From a virus, in the IMG/VR virus record IMGVR_UViG_3300047472_000449: a stretch of DNA of 64,000 nucleotides, one strand, 5' to 3'. The notes under the pieces are model-generated. The model was not told the origin of the DNA. It made no database searches and saw nothing but the letters and a program-made list of their open reading frames with translations. The position numbers were made by a program, and so were the translations under genes. Each line of letters begins with the position of its first letter. The first letter of the stretch is position 1. Below, piece by piece: positions 16,644 through 24,608 of this stretch.

Positions 16644-16682
16644 ATAATACCCGAATAACGGCTATTTGTCAACAAAAATGAC
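16644..16682 (-). promoter_or_regulatory. sigma70 promoter + operator
   Basis: TTGACA-17-TATTAT; GTCAACAAAAATGAC 16668-16682. Confidence 0.8.
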
Positions 16683-16712
16683 GCTTGCGCCATGGATATT
16701 ATCAATGAATCA

Positions 16713-16958
16713 TTAACGAAGATAAGGGTTTTTCTTGAGGTCGTCCAGCTTGCGAATAGCGCTCTGAAGTTCCCGGCGACCGCTGGAAAACACATCCACA
16801 CCGGTCAGCATTTTGAATGCCGTAGCCACGGCACACAGACGGACGGTCTGTGTGTTATCCAGTGAATAGTCCTCCCACGGTTTAATATCACCAGCATAAA
16901 AGGCTTCGGCCAGATCGGAGAAGGTGCTGGCGTTTTCAAGAATCGTTACGTTGGTCAT
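16713..16958 (-). CDS. hypothetical protein (81 aa), paralogue of 18182-18454
   Basis: Shared DLAEAF..D.I.P..VRL.A...F..LTGVD. Confidence 0.75.
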   Translation of the reverse strand: MTNVTILENASTFSDLAEAFYAGDIKPWEDYSLDNTQTVRLCAVATAFKMLTGVDVFSSGRRELQSAIRKLDDLKKNPYLR

Positions 16959-17083
16959 GTCTATTCTCTATTTGTGCAGCATGTGTTGGCGCGCATTGTA
17001 TTCACTCCGCCTGTTCATGTCTGCTATGCAGCGAAAAGGCCCCGCACGAATTGATTCGGCGAGGCCTGGGGTTGGTTCTGGCC

Positions 17084-17422
17084 TCAGGCAAAGCTGAGGT
17101 AGACCATTGTGGTGTCTTCGAAGACGGACTTCAGCATGTCGTTATAGATGCCTTCAGCCGTCTCGATAACGTCCAGTTGCATTTCACCGCCTTCAGGACG
17201 GTGAACGCGGCTGAAGGTCACGTCATACAGATCGGAATCGTTCAGGATGATCTCAACGCGGTTGATGTCGTTTTTAGCCGCCAGATCCGAAGGAAACTGA
17301 ATGCGCAGGCCCTTTTCGACGGCGATCAGTTGCGAGCCGGTGAACAGGCGCAGGACTTTAACGCCGCCCATTTGGGCTGCAATTTCGTTGGCGATCTGGG
17401 TGTTTTCGTTGGCTTGCGACAT
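17084..17422 (-). CDS. phage/plasmid-type conserved hypothetical protein (112 aa)
   Basis: IAAQMGG..N.VEI.L..SDLYDVTF..GIY.DML..VFE pattern; promoter 17451-17489. Confidence 0.75.
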   Translation of the reverse strand: MSQANENTQIANEIAAQMGGVKVLRLFTGSQLIAVEKGLRIQFPSDLAAKNDINRVEIILNDSDLYDVTFSRVHRPEGGEMQLDVIETAEGIYNDMLKSVFEDTTMVYLSFA

Positions 17423-17450
17423 GAGCCGATCCTCTCGTTTCGATGGGTTC

Positions 17451-17489
17451 ATTATAGGCAAGCGAGATCGCAATGTCAATAGTATTGAC
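17451..17489 (-). promoter_or_regulatory. sigma70 promoter + operator
   Basis: TTGACA-17-TATAAT; GTCAATAGTATTGAC 17475-17489. Confidence 0.85.
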
Positions 17490-17513
17490 ACTGTTTTTTG
17501 TGCGATGCCTGCC

Positions 17514-18173
17514 TCAGTCCCTTGCTAGGGCGCTCGGGCTATTCAGTAACCAATAGGACTCTGGGTCTTTTATAAAACCAAGCTTTTCATAAAAACCGTA
17601 CAGTCTTTGGGCTTCTGTTTTGAACAAAGCTTCTTTTTTGCCATTGTCCTGCTCAAGACGCCATGTCCCTTTGAAGGGGTAAGCCTTCAGCAGGGTGAAG
17701 TCGGCCAAATGCCGATAGTGTCCCAACGCTTGCACCAGTTTCGAACCGATCCCCTGGCATTGCCAATTGGGGTGAACCGTGACGTTATCGAGGTACATCA
17801 ACCGATAATCGAAGTCAGATTCGCGCTGGCGAGCCATTGGGGGCAGGTAGCCGAAATGGCTGGCCAAATCCGTAAAAGGCTGTGTGTAGCGGCTGGAGGC
17901 GCTCAGATCCTCATGCAGCCAGCGACCGCCAAACCCAAATGCAAACTCGCACAGCTCATCGTGGTCGATTTCTTGATAGAGCATTTTGCCGACTCGCTTC
18001 ACGCCGCCCTCCGCATACGCCGATGGCAGATCAAACAACACGGCATCCAGATGACCTGCTTCACTGTCATCGACAAAGGCGCGAATGGTGATCTGCTGCT
18101 GATAACACAGCGATGCGCAATCCTCTTGCGAGACATGCTGAGAGAACTTGAGGCGAAGGTCGGCTGTTTTCAT
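17514..18173 (-). CDS. GNAT-family acetyltransferase-like protein
   Basis: Acetyl-CoA motif A: YLDNVTVHPNWQCQGIGSKLV; FYEKLGF motif B. Confidence 0.8.
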   Translation of the reverse strand: MKTADLRLKFSQHVSQEDCASLCYQQQITIRAFVDDSEAGHLDAVLFDLPSAYAEGGVKRVGKMLYQEIDHDELCEFAFGFGGRWLHEDLSASSRYTQPFTDLASHFGYLPPMARQRESDFDYRLMYLDNVTVHPNWQCQGIGSKLVQALGHYRHLADFTLLKAYPFKGTWRLEQDNGKKEALFKTEAQRLYGFYEKLGFIKDPESYWLLNSPSALARD

Positions 18174-18181
18174 GGCAAGCG

Positions 18182-18454
18182 TCAGGTCGTTTCTTTGTAC
18201 GGCACATGGTCTTGCAGCATGAGTGTGTCCACCTTCACGATGGCGCGCATAAAATCGATGCGGTCACACGTGAGGGGGTCAACACCCGTCAAGATCTGGA
18301 ACATCGCCGTCAGCGCTTTCAGTCGAACCGCCTCGTTCTGATCCAGCACGGTTTTCATCGGCGGAATATTATCGTCGTGAAAGGCTTCAGCCAGATCATA
18401 CAGGGAGAGGTTGGGAATGTAGGTCGATGGAACGTTGGTGATGTTGTGGCTCAT
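18182..18454 (-). CDS. hypothetical protein (90 aa), paralogue of 16713-16958
   Basis: Shared motifs with 16713. Confidence 0.7.
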   Translation of the reverse strand: MSHNITNVPSTYIPNLSLYDLAEAFHDDNIPPMKTVLDQNEAVRLKALTAMFQILTGVDPLTCDRIDFMRAIVKVDTLMLQDHVPYKETT

Positions 18455-18540
18455 GATGCGCCCTAGTGTTATCAGTGACTTCAAAACGGCTCAGGCCCTT
18501 TTGATCAGGGCTGTGCTCAGGTGCGCTTGTCGGAGCTTTT

Positions 18541-18723
18541 TTACCAGTAACGGATGTGCTCGCCGGTTTCATCGAGGACTTCGACGCGGCTCAGGCCCTT
18601 CTGGTCAGCAGCGTGCTCGGCGCGGTAAATCCATTCATCATCGCCCGACTGCAAAGCAGCGGCCACGCGCTCGGCTTCTTCCGGGGAGTACGACGAGGGA
18701 ACGGTGTTGATCAGCAGGCCCAT
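18541..18723 (-). CDS. small hypothetical protein (60 aa)
   Basis: Downstream of promoter 18754-18792. Confidence 0.7.
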   Translation of the reverse strand: MGLLINTVPSSYSPEEAERVAAALQSGDDEWIYRAEHAADQKGLSRVEVLDETGEHIRYW

Positions 18724-18753
18724 GATCTTTCTCGATGTCTTGAATGTGTGATG

Positions 18754-18792
18754 ATTATATCAGGAGCCCGCTCAATTGTCAATACAGATGAC
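18754..18792 (-). promoter_or_regulatory. sigma70 promoter + operator
   Basis: TTGACA-17-TATAAT; GTCAATACAGATGAC 18778-18792. Confidence 0.85.
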
Positions 18793-18831
18793 TATTTATG
18801 CGGTTTTCGGCGATGATTTTCCTTCCTATCC

Positions 18832-19284
18832 TCAAAAAGGCTCGAAGATCAGAAAGGTCAAAAACACTGCAAGCATTCCAGTGCCAAAATCATTCTCAAA
18901 ATCGCCCGTGCTTATAGCGCGTGCCAAAATGACCACACTCCAACATGCGCCGATGAGCATCATCCAGATAAAGGAATTTATGATCGTTCGCTTGAATGGC
19001 TGATGAGATTTCGTGTCGTTATTTCTCAGAAAATACAGTATTAGAAAACACATAAATCCTGCACAAGCAAAGATAACGGTCATTACTTTTGCTACGGCCA
19101 TTGAGGTTGAGTAATTTACCACGTATACGACAGTCGCGAGCCATGGTGACAGAGTGTCACTTGGACTGTCACCTCCCGCTGCTTGCAGGATTGGCCAAGC
19201 TTTTATAGCCAAAACAAAAAAAATAGCGATTGTCGCCGTGACGCCAAATGCAAACAGGGTCGCAGACCGGGGTGTGTGATTCAT
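18832..19284 (-). CDS. 4-TM membrane protein (150 aa), paralogue of 19372-19860
   Basis: Both start MNHTPRSA; AT-rich; four hydrophobic segments. Confidence 0.75.
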   Translation of the reverse strand: MNHTPRSATLFAFGVTATIAIFFVLAIKAWPILQAAGGDSPSDTLSPWLATVVYVVNYSTSMAVAKVMTVIFACAGFMCFLILYFLRNNDTKSHQPFKRTIINSFIWMMLIGACWSVVILARAISTGDFENDFGTGMLAVFLTFLIFEPF

Positions 19285-19371
19285 GGATACTCCTTTATTT
19301 GGAATTATAAGGTCGCTTGTCGGAACAACTCATCGCGCCATTGTTAATGTCGATGACTACTTATTCATTTT

Positions 19372-19860
19372 TCAGCGCTGATATTTTTTTGCTGTAAGTT
19401 CGCCCCAGATGCTACCAAAAACCAATGCAAAAAAGCTCACAGCAGCGGCCATCATGCCCATGAAGAAATTGGATTCAAAGTCACCTGCGACGGCAGATCG
19501 AAACGTAATAATCATGCTCCAATAAATCGCAGTGCCCATTATCCAGAAGTAACACTTATTGATCGTTAGCTTAAACTTTTGATCCGCTTGAATATCGTTA
19601 TTTCTCAAAAAATACTGCATGAGTAGACACGTGAAACCAACGACAAAAGCGACAACTGACATTACCTTTGCCACATTCAGTGAGGTTGCATAATTAAGCA
19701 CCACTACAAATGGACTACCGGGTGACAGGATATTACTCATAATGTCGCCTACCACGGGTTGCACGCTCGGCCATATATTGACGGCAATTACTCCGAACAT
19801 GACCATCGTTGCCATGATGCCTACTGAATACAAGATCGCAGACCGTGGGGTGTGATTCAT
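19372..19860 (-). CDS. 4-TM membrane protein (162 aa), paralogue of 18832-19284
   Basis: As above. Confidence 0.75.
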   Translation of the reverse strand: MNHTPRSAILYSVGIMATMVMFGVIAVNIWPSVQPVVGDIMSNILSPGSPFVVVLNYATSLNVAKVMSVVAFVVGFTCLLMQYFLRNNDIQADQKFKLTINKCYFWIMGTAIYWSMIITFRSAVAGDFESNFFMGMMAAAVSFFALVFGSIWGELTAKKYQR

Positions 19861-19990
19861 GCAGTTACTCCTAGTTAATTTCGATTAATTTGTTCGGCGA
19901 ACAATACTGTTGTACTTGAACACTCAACCATTTCGTCCGTTTAAGCCGCGTAGGCCACAGACAAAGCTTTTTCTTGGCCTGGGTCAGCCT

Positions 19991-20185
19991 TCAACGCTCA
20001 AACGCTCGCCTCTGGCGCCTGAAATCAGCCAAGACTTTCTTTTCCAGTGCCGACTGTCTTTTAAAATCGCCATAGGACTGTACGACATAGGCTGGCATCC
20101 CGTTCTGAGTGATGGTAATTGGCCCCTCACTAAAATCAAGTTTTGAGGCATTCACTTTAAGGTCACTGACGGTCGCAAACGACAT
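19991..20185 (-). CDS. Phd/YefM-family antitoxin-like protein, no adjacent toxin
   Basis: TVSDLKVNASKL...GPITITQNGMPAYVVQSY is the Phd N-terminal signature. Confidence 0.75.
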   Translation of the reverse strand: MSFATVSDLKVNASKLDFSEGPITITQNGMPAYVVQSYGDFKRQSALEKKVLADFRRQRRAFER

Positions 20186-20291
20186 ACTGGATACTCATCG
20201 ATAGGATTGTAATTTTAAACTTATGGCTTGGGGGTCGAGGCATCAAAATGCTACAGGGTCGTTGACCCTAAATGGCCAGCCGGTGCTTGTG

Positions 20292-20591
20292 TCAGGCCCT
20301 TCTCCACGATCTTGCAGCGCGAAGCACCTGCAATTGATCCGTATCGACCGATTGCTTGGCTTGACTGATGTCATAGGCGCTCTGCATGCCCATCCAGTCC
20401 TCCGCAGAGCCGCCCAGCACGTGAGCAAGGCGCACCGCCATCTCACTGGAGAGCGCCGCTTTTCCGCTGAGCAAGCGGCTTACGCTGGCGGGAGAGACAT
20501 TCAATGCAACGGCCAGTTGTTGAGCAGAAATATTCATCGGCTCCAGGAAACGGAGGCGCAAGATTCCACCCGGATGACGAGGGCTGATCAT
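20292..20591 (-). CDS. higA: HigA-family antitoxin (Xre HTH), no adjacent toxin
   Basis: HPGGIL..FLEPMNIS...LAVALNVS...VSRLL.GK..LS.EMAVRL...WM.MQ.AYD. Confidence 0.85.
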   Translation of the reverse strand: MISPRHPGGILRLRFLEPMNISAQQLAVALNVSPASVSRLLSGKAALSSEMAVRLAHVLGGSAEDWMGMQSAYDISQAKQSVDTDQLQVLRAARSWRRA

Positions 20592-20609
20592 GAGAAAGTC
20601 CAGATAATT

Positions 20610-20789
20610 TTAGGGTTGACTGTCGATTTTGGCGACTTGAGAACGCGCCTTGGAGGCCTCAAAAGCATCGTTGAGATGCTTCCTGGTCGCGGCGCGATCA
20701 GACGCGCTGATCCGGATGCCGCCGACACCATTGCCGAGTTCCACCAGCGCCATAATGGCGGGCTGAATAACCTCTTTATGGTTGTCCAT
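20610..20789 (-). CDS. small hypothetical protein (59 aa, MDNHKEVIQPAIMALVELG...)
   Basis: Manual translation; RBS AGGGA; downstream of promoter 20830-20858. Confidence 0.55.
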   Translation of the reverse strand: MDNHKEVIQPAIMALVELGNGVGGIRISASDRAATRKHLNDAFEASKARSQVAKIDSQP

Positions 20790-20829
20790 GGCAGTATCCC
20801 TGAGAACATGATTCGATTAACAGATCATC

Positions 20830-20858
20830 ATTATGATTGCGCATTGCGCAATTGTCAA
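20830..20858 (-). promoter_or_regulatory. sigma70 promoter, weak or no operator
   Basis: TTGACA-17-CATAAT. Confidence 0.7.
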
Positions 20859-20918
20859 TATTTAATGATTATTATCTGTGTGCCGAACAAAGCTTTTGCT
20901 CTTCTCAAACAAAGCTTT

Positions 20919-21305
20919 TCAGGCAGCCATTGCGACAGGGAGGCTGAGTGGATCTTGAGTCCAGATGGCGTGACAATTGGCGCACAGCACCCGGCATTTG
21001 GCCAGTTCGGCGTTGATGATCGCCCACGGCCTTCTGAAGATCGACGCCATCTCGTAAGACTTGAGGGCAGGATCAATGTGATCGAACGTCAGCGCGCTGG
21101 CGTGCGCCTTGTAGCCGCAGCACTGGCAGCCCTTGTCGAGCTTGATCTGGCGCAGGTGCTCCCGACGCTCCTCGTAGACTTTCAGTTTTCCGAAGATTGT
21201 CCGGCACTTTTTCGTGCAGCAGGACTGATCGCTTCGCCGGGGCGTGAAGCCATTTCCGCATTGAATGCAGGCGACCTCACAGGCACCCTGCTCCGCAGCT
21301 GTCAT
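20919..21305 (-). CDS. HNH endonuclease with Zn-binding Cys pairs
   Basis: CQCCG...LTFDHIDP..K...KCRVLCANCH. Confidence 0.85.
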   Translation of the reverse strand: MTAAEQGACEVACIQCGNGFTPRRSDQSCCTKKCRTIFGKLKVYEERREHLRQIKLDKGCQCCGYKAHASALTFDHIDPALKSYEMASIFRRPWAIINAELAKCRVLCANCHAIWTQDPLSLPVAMAA

Positions 21306-21748
21306 CGGGCCTTACCGGGCTTCAGTCGGTTAACCACCAGCAAAGCTTTTGCCTTGATCAAGCCAAGCTTTGGCAGTTTGCGTGAGGCCGCTCGCCACAG
21401 ATCCAGCGCGAAGCCTTCGCAGTAGAGCTGAGCATGCCAGCAAAGCTTTTTGACGCGGCCCAGCTTGATGTTTTCATGCGCGCAAAACTCTTCGTCGCAG
21501 GCGATGTTGTAGGTGCCATTCCAGTGAGCCTGGATCAGCAATTCCTTGATCTTGGCCAGCACTGGAAAGCGGGCGTTTTCCTTGACGTGTTTGTAGAAAT
21601 TTTCAACGTACAGCTGGAAATGCCAGCCTTTGGTGTCGAAATAGCCCAGCTGTTCCTTGCGCTTGTACTTGGCCACGGTTTCATCGTAGGCGATGGCGTA
21701 CATGGCAACGGTGTGAGCGGCGCGGAGGACGGCAAAGAACGCGAGCAT
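21302..21748 (-). CDS. hypothetical protein (148 aa) with internal WHxQLYxExF repeat
   Basis: 4-bp overlap with the HNH gene. Confidence 0.65.
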   Translation of the reverse strand: MLAFFAVLRAAHTVAMYAIAYDETVAKYKRKEQLGYFDTKGWHFQLYVENFYKHVKENARFPVLAKIKELLIQAHWNGTYNIACDEEFCAHENIKLGRVKKLCWHAQLYCEGFALDLWRAASRKLPKLGLIKAKALLVVNRLKPGKAR

Positions 21749-21820
21749 GGGTGATTTCCTGTAAAGGGTAATGAAGGGCGAAGGCTGGCGCTCACAATAG
21801 GCGCCAGCTGCACTCAGATC

Positions 21821-22147
21821 TTAGTTGCTGGTCGCCCGGCAGATCACATGCTTGCGGATCGATTCGGGCAGATCCAGCCAGCGGATCTTTTTGCCGGAGG
21901 CATCACGGTTCATGCTTGGGCACTCGCCCCACTGACTGAAGCCTTGCGGGTGCGAAGGGGATTCGCTCATGCACAGGTACTCAACAGCGCGATTACGGGC
22001 CAGTGCTTCGTTGTACAGCGAGCCACCGAAAAACACAGTGTAACGATCAACGGTTTTGCCGCCGTTGTCGTGAACCGACAGAATGTATTCAGGAGCCTGT
22101 TCCATCCAGCGTTGAGTGGCGCGGCGTGGGCGGTAGGTAGTGGACAT
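21821..22147 (-). CDS. conserved phage/plasmid-type hypothetical protein (108 aa)
   Basis: DNGGKTVDRYTV motif; promoter 22182-22220. Confidence 0.75.
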   Translation of the reverse strand: MSTTYRPRRATQRWMEQAPEYILSVHDNGGKTVDRYTVFFGGSLYNEALARNRAVEYLCMSESPSHPQGFSQWGECPSMNRDASGKKIRWLDLPESIRKHVICRATSN

Positions 22148-22181
22148 GGCGGTGACTCCCGATCATTCATTTGATGGGATA

Positions 22182-22220
22182 ATTATATCGAAGCCCGCCA
22201 TCAATGTCAATGGCATTGAC
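22182..22220 (-). promoter_or_regulatory. sigma70 promoter + operator
   Basis: TTGACA-17-TATAAT; GTCAATGGCATTGAC 22206-22220. Confidence 0.85.
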
Positions 22221-22234
22221 GATTAAATGCGATA

Positions 22235-22918
22235 TTAACTTGGCTGGAGTTCTATGCGCTCTACCTTGTGGAAAAAGGTTGGCAGTGCCCGCCAGTTAAC
22301 ATTTAGCACGTGTTTCAGGAAAGGTTCGTTATGGCTGAACTGCATGGCCATGCCGGTAAAATAAGCCGAGCAGCGGTGTGTGCTACCCAGCGGGGTGGTG
22401 TAATCGAAGCTCGACCCCTGTGCCCAATCATCAATGGGATTAAACGCCTCAACAATCCCGGCGTTATTCAGGTAATCCACGGTCTGTTGCATCTGTGTGC
22501 GCTTGCCGATGTTGTTCAGGCGCCACAAATGGGTGACACGATCCACGTAGCGCACGTAGGACAGGTGCAAGAGCGACCACTGGCAACCGGACACAGGAAA
22601 GGATTCCGACACAAAATCTTTGCAGAGAATACCAATGTCGTCCCGGTCACGAATGTCACTACGGATATGAGCCAATCCACCCATGTTGCTTAGATGGTCA
22701 TTGGCAAATTCCTGGATGTTTTTGCATCCGTAGGATTCTCGCGGCTGAGTGCCCATGACAAGGTGCTCAAGGTGGCTTTTGACCAAGTTTTCGACCATTT
22801 TTGAGTAATGCTCGATGTCCGAAGGGTGCGTGATCGCACGCTTGGTCACCACACCAATAACGCCATGGTGTTCCACCGGCTCGGGCGCAGAACTTTTTGC
22901 AGTCAAAAGCTTGATCAT
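22235..22918 (-). CDS. hypothetical protein (227 aa)
   Basis: Promoter 22960-22998. Confidence 0.7.
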   Translation of the reverse strand: MIKLLTAKSSAPEPVEHHGVIGVVTKRAITHPSDIEHYSKMVENLVKSHLEHLVMGTQPRESYGCKNIQEFANDHLSNMGGLAHIRSDIRDRDDIGILCKDFVSESFPVSGCQWSLLHLSYVRYVDRVTHLWRLNNIGKRTQMQQTVDYLNNAGIVEAFNPIDDWAQGSSFDYTTPLGSTHRCSAYFTGMAMQFSHNEPFLKHVLNVNWRALPTFFHKVERIELQPS

Positions 22919-22959
22919 GTGTTCTTCCTATAGCCGCGACACGGCCTATTAAGGTGAAC

Positions 22960-22998
22960 AGTTTAGCGATCCCAACAGCAATTGTCAATGGTATTGAC
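22960..22998 (-). promoter_or_regulatory. sigma70 promoter + operator
   Basis: TTGACA-17-TAAACT; GTCAATGGTATTGAC 22984-22998. Confidence 0.8.
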
Positions 22999-23012
22999 CG
23001 CCATTCAATTCA

Positions 23013-23450
23013 TCAAGGCTCGTTGAGATAGGTCTCACCCGTGTAATGCGCCAAGCTCTCTGGAAAATGCTCGGCAATTGCCGTGGCCTTGCGCAACAAG
23101 ACAGCCATGGCCAATTGAATGACCTTGGCGCCTTCAATGCTGTCTTCATGGTCGCGCAGTGAGCCGCAATGCATGTTGGCAATGCCTTCTTTTGTGGCGT
23201 CCACTTGAAAGATGAATGAGCAAAAATTCCAGTTATCGACGCCGTTGTGCAGAGCAATGGCGGTCAGTTCAATGGCATTCCGCGCACTTGCCGGTTTCAC
23301 CCGGATGCGAAATGGAACGGGGGCGTCCAGGCACTCGCTCTGCAAGTCGAGCAAGTCTTTTTTGCTCAGTGGCTTGACCAGATTAACGTGCTCCAGCGCC
23401 AGCTCGATACCGGGCAGGGCCACCAGAGAGGGTTTGGTGTGTTCGAGCAT
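23013..23450 (-). CDS. hypothetical protein (145 aa)
   Basis: AGGA RBS, co-oriented. Confidence 0.7.
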   Translation of the reverse strand: MLEHTKPSLVALPGIELALEHVNLVKPLSKKDLLDLQSECLDAPVPFRIRVKPASARNAIELTAIALHNGVDNWNFCSFIFQVDATKEGIANMHCGSLRDHEDSIEGAKVIQLAMAVLLRKATAIAEHFPESLAHYTGETYLNEP

Positions 23451-23560
23451 GACGGCGTTTCCTTGTTCAATTAAGGTTGAATTCGCCGACGCGAAACAAC
23501 ACTCTTGTATTGCGAAAGTCCGCCCGATGGCGGGCCGATCTGATGGTGCAGCGGACGTTT

Positions 23561-23788
23561 TTACGTCGCTGGTCTGTCAGTCAATATCAGTTGGGCGCTC
23601 GCAATCTTGACCAAGCCTTCTGGCCTCTGACAAAGACTGTCGAAGTCACTGCGCTTGGACGACTTAGGGAGACTCTCAGGAGCCCAGCCGCGCCTGCCCC
23701 ATCGCAGTTCAATCGGCTTTTTTTGCAGGCGCTTCAGGATTGCTTTTTCCCCCTCGGTAAGCGGAGCAGCGTCGCCATTGCTGGTCAT
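23561..23788 (-). CDS. hypothetical protein (75 aa)
   Basis: Downstream of promoter 23882-23920. Confidence 0.55.
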   Translation of the reverse strand: MTSNGDAAPLTEGEKAILKRLQKKPIELRWGRRGWAPESLPKSSKRSDFDSLCQRPEGLVKIASAQLILTDRPAT

Positions 23789-23881
23789 GATTTTTTTCCT
23801 ATATCGGATTCTTCAGGGGTGAGCCTGATCGATACTGATGGTAGAGAGGGCCTTATTGCCCCATACTTATTTTTCAAATTA

Positions 23882-23920
23882 AGTATAGCGGCAGCACAGG
23901 CCATTGTCAATATCATTTAC
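23882..23920 (-). promoter_or_regulatory. sigma70 promoter + variant operator
   Basis: TTGACA-17-TATACT; GTCAATATCATTTAC. Confidence 0.75.
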
Positions 23921-23945
23921 ATCTGCGACCGCTTCACTCAACAGA

Positions 23946-24341
23946 TCAACCGTGAGCGCGCCGGATGCCGACAATGGCCGGTAGAGGCTCTCCCCGTACC
24001 ATCGCAATGGCTGTCCGGTGATAACCGTCCCACAGGGCTGAGCGGCCCTCGCAGCGCCCCACTATCACCGGGTCATTGAAGCCATCACGCAGCATGCCTT
24101 CATAATTTTCGGCTCGCCGATCACCATCGGCGCGAAACGAGGCAATTTCTTGCTGAAGCCAACCCCCAGCCTCTTCGACGCTGGAGAAAGTGCCCAGCGT
24201 GGTTGGGTTGAGTTCCTGGAAGTTCCAGTCTGCCTCGCGTGCATCGAAAAAGCAGTCTGAACCATCGTCATGATCATGACGGTACAGCGCCGCTTCTGCA
24301 CGCAAGTAGCTGGAGGGCATGGATGACCAATCTATCGGCAT
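23946..24341 (-). CDS. ParB/Srx N-terminal-like domain protein (131 aa)
   Basis: DPVIVG....LWDGYHRTAIA....LPAIV signature. Confidence 0.75.
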   Translation of the reverse strand: MPIDWSSMPSSYLRAEAALYRHDHDDGSDCFFDAREADWNFQELNPTTLGTFSSVEEAGGWLQQEIASFRADGDRRAENYEGMLRDGFNDPVIVGRCEGRSALWDGYHRTAIAMVRGEPLPAIVGIRRAHG

Positions 24342-24344
24342 GGC

Positions 24345-24608
24345 TTAGGCTTCTTCATCATCAATGAGGCCGTGGCGCACGAAGATTTCGCGAGCCTCGG
24401 GGATGTCGTGCAGGCAATTGCCCTGGGGGTCGCCGCGCTGGAAATACAGCTCGATCAACTCACAGAGGTGAAACGTGGCCTCTTTGGTGGTGGGCCGAGA
24501 GAGCATCTTGTCTGCGATGCTCTCCAGCATCTCACCCGAATCGTGGGGCTCACCGACTGCCAAGGCGCGGAGCGCCCGGTAATCGGCCAGAGCCTGTGGA
24601 TGATTCAT
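24345..24608 (-). CDS. hypothetical protein (87 aa)
   Basis: ATGA overlap with upstream gene. Confidence 0.65.
   Translation of the reverse strand: MNHPQALADYRALRALAVGEPHDSGEMLESIADKMLSRPTTKEATFHLCELIELYFQRGDPQGNCLHDIPEAREIFVRHGLIDDEEA

Noticed and set aside
20588-20809. ORF-track 73-aa ORF upstream of higA as HigB toxin
   Set aside because: No RelE/HigB signature. The overlapping 59-aa frame (20610-20789) has the better RBS and is not toxin-like either.
20223-21425. 400-aa plus-strand ORF (and similar long ORFs at 30705-31481, 55484-56281, 61796-62806)
   Set aside because: Antisense shadows of well-supported minus-strand genes, with no RBS/promoter support or protein-like composition.
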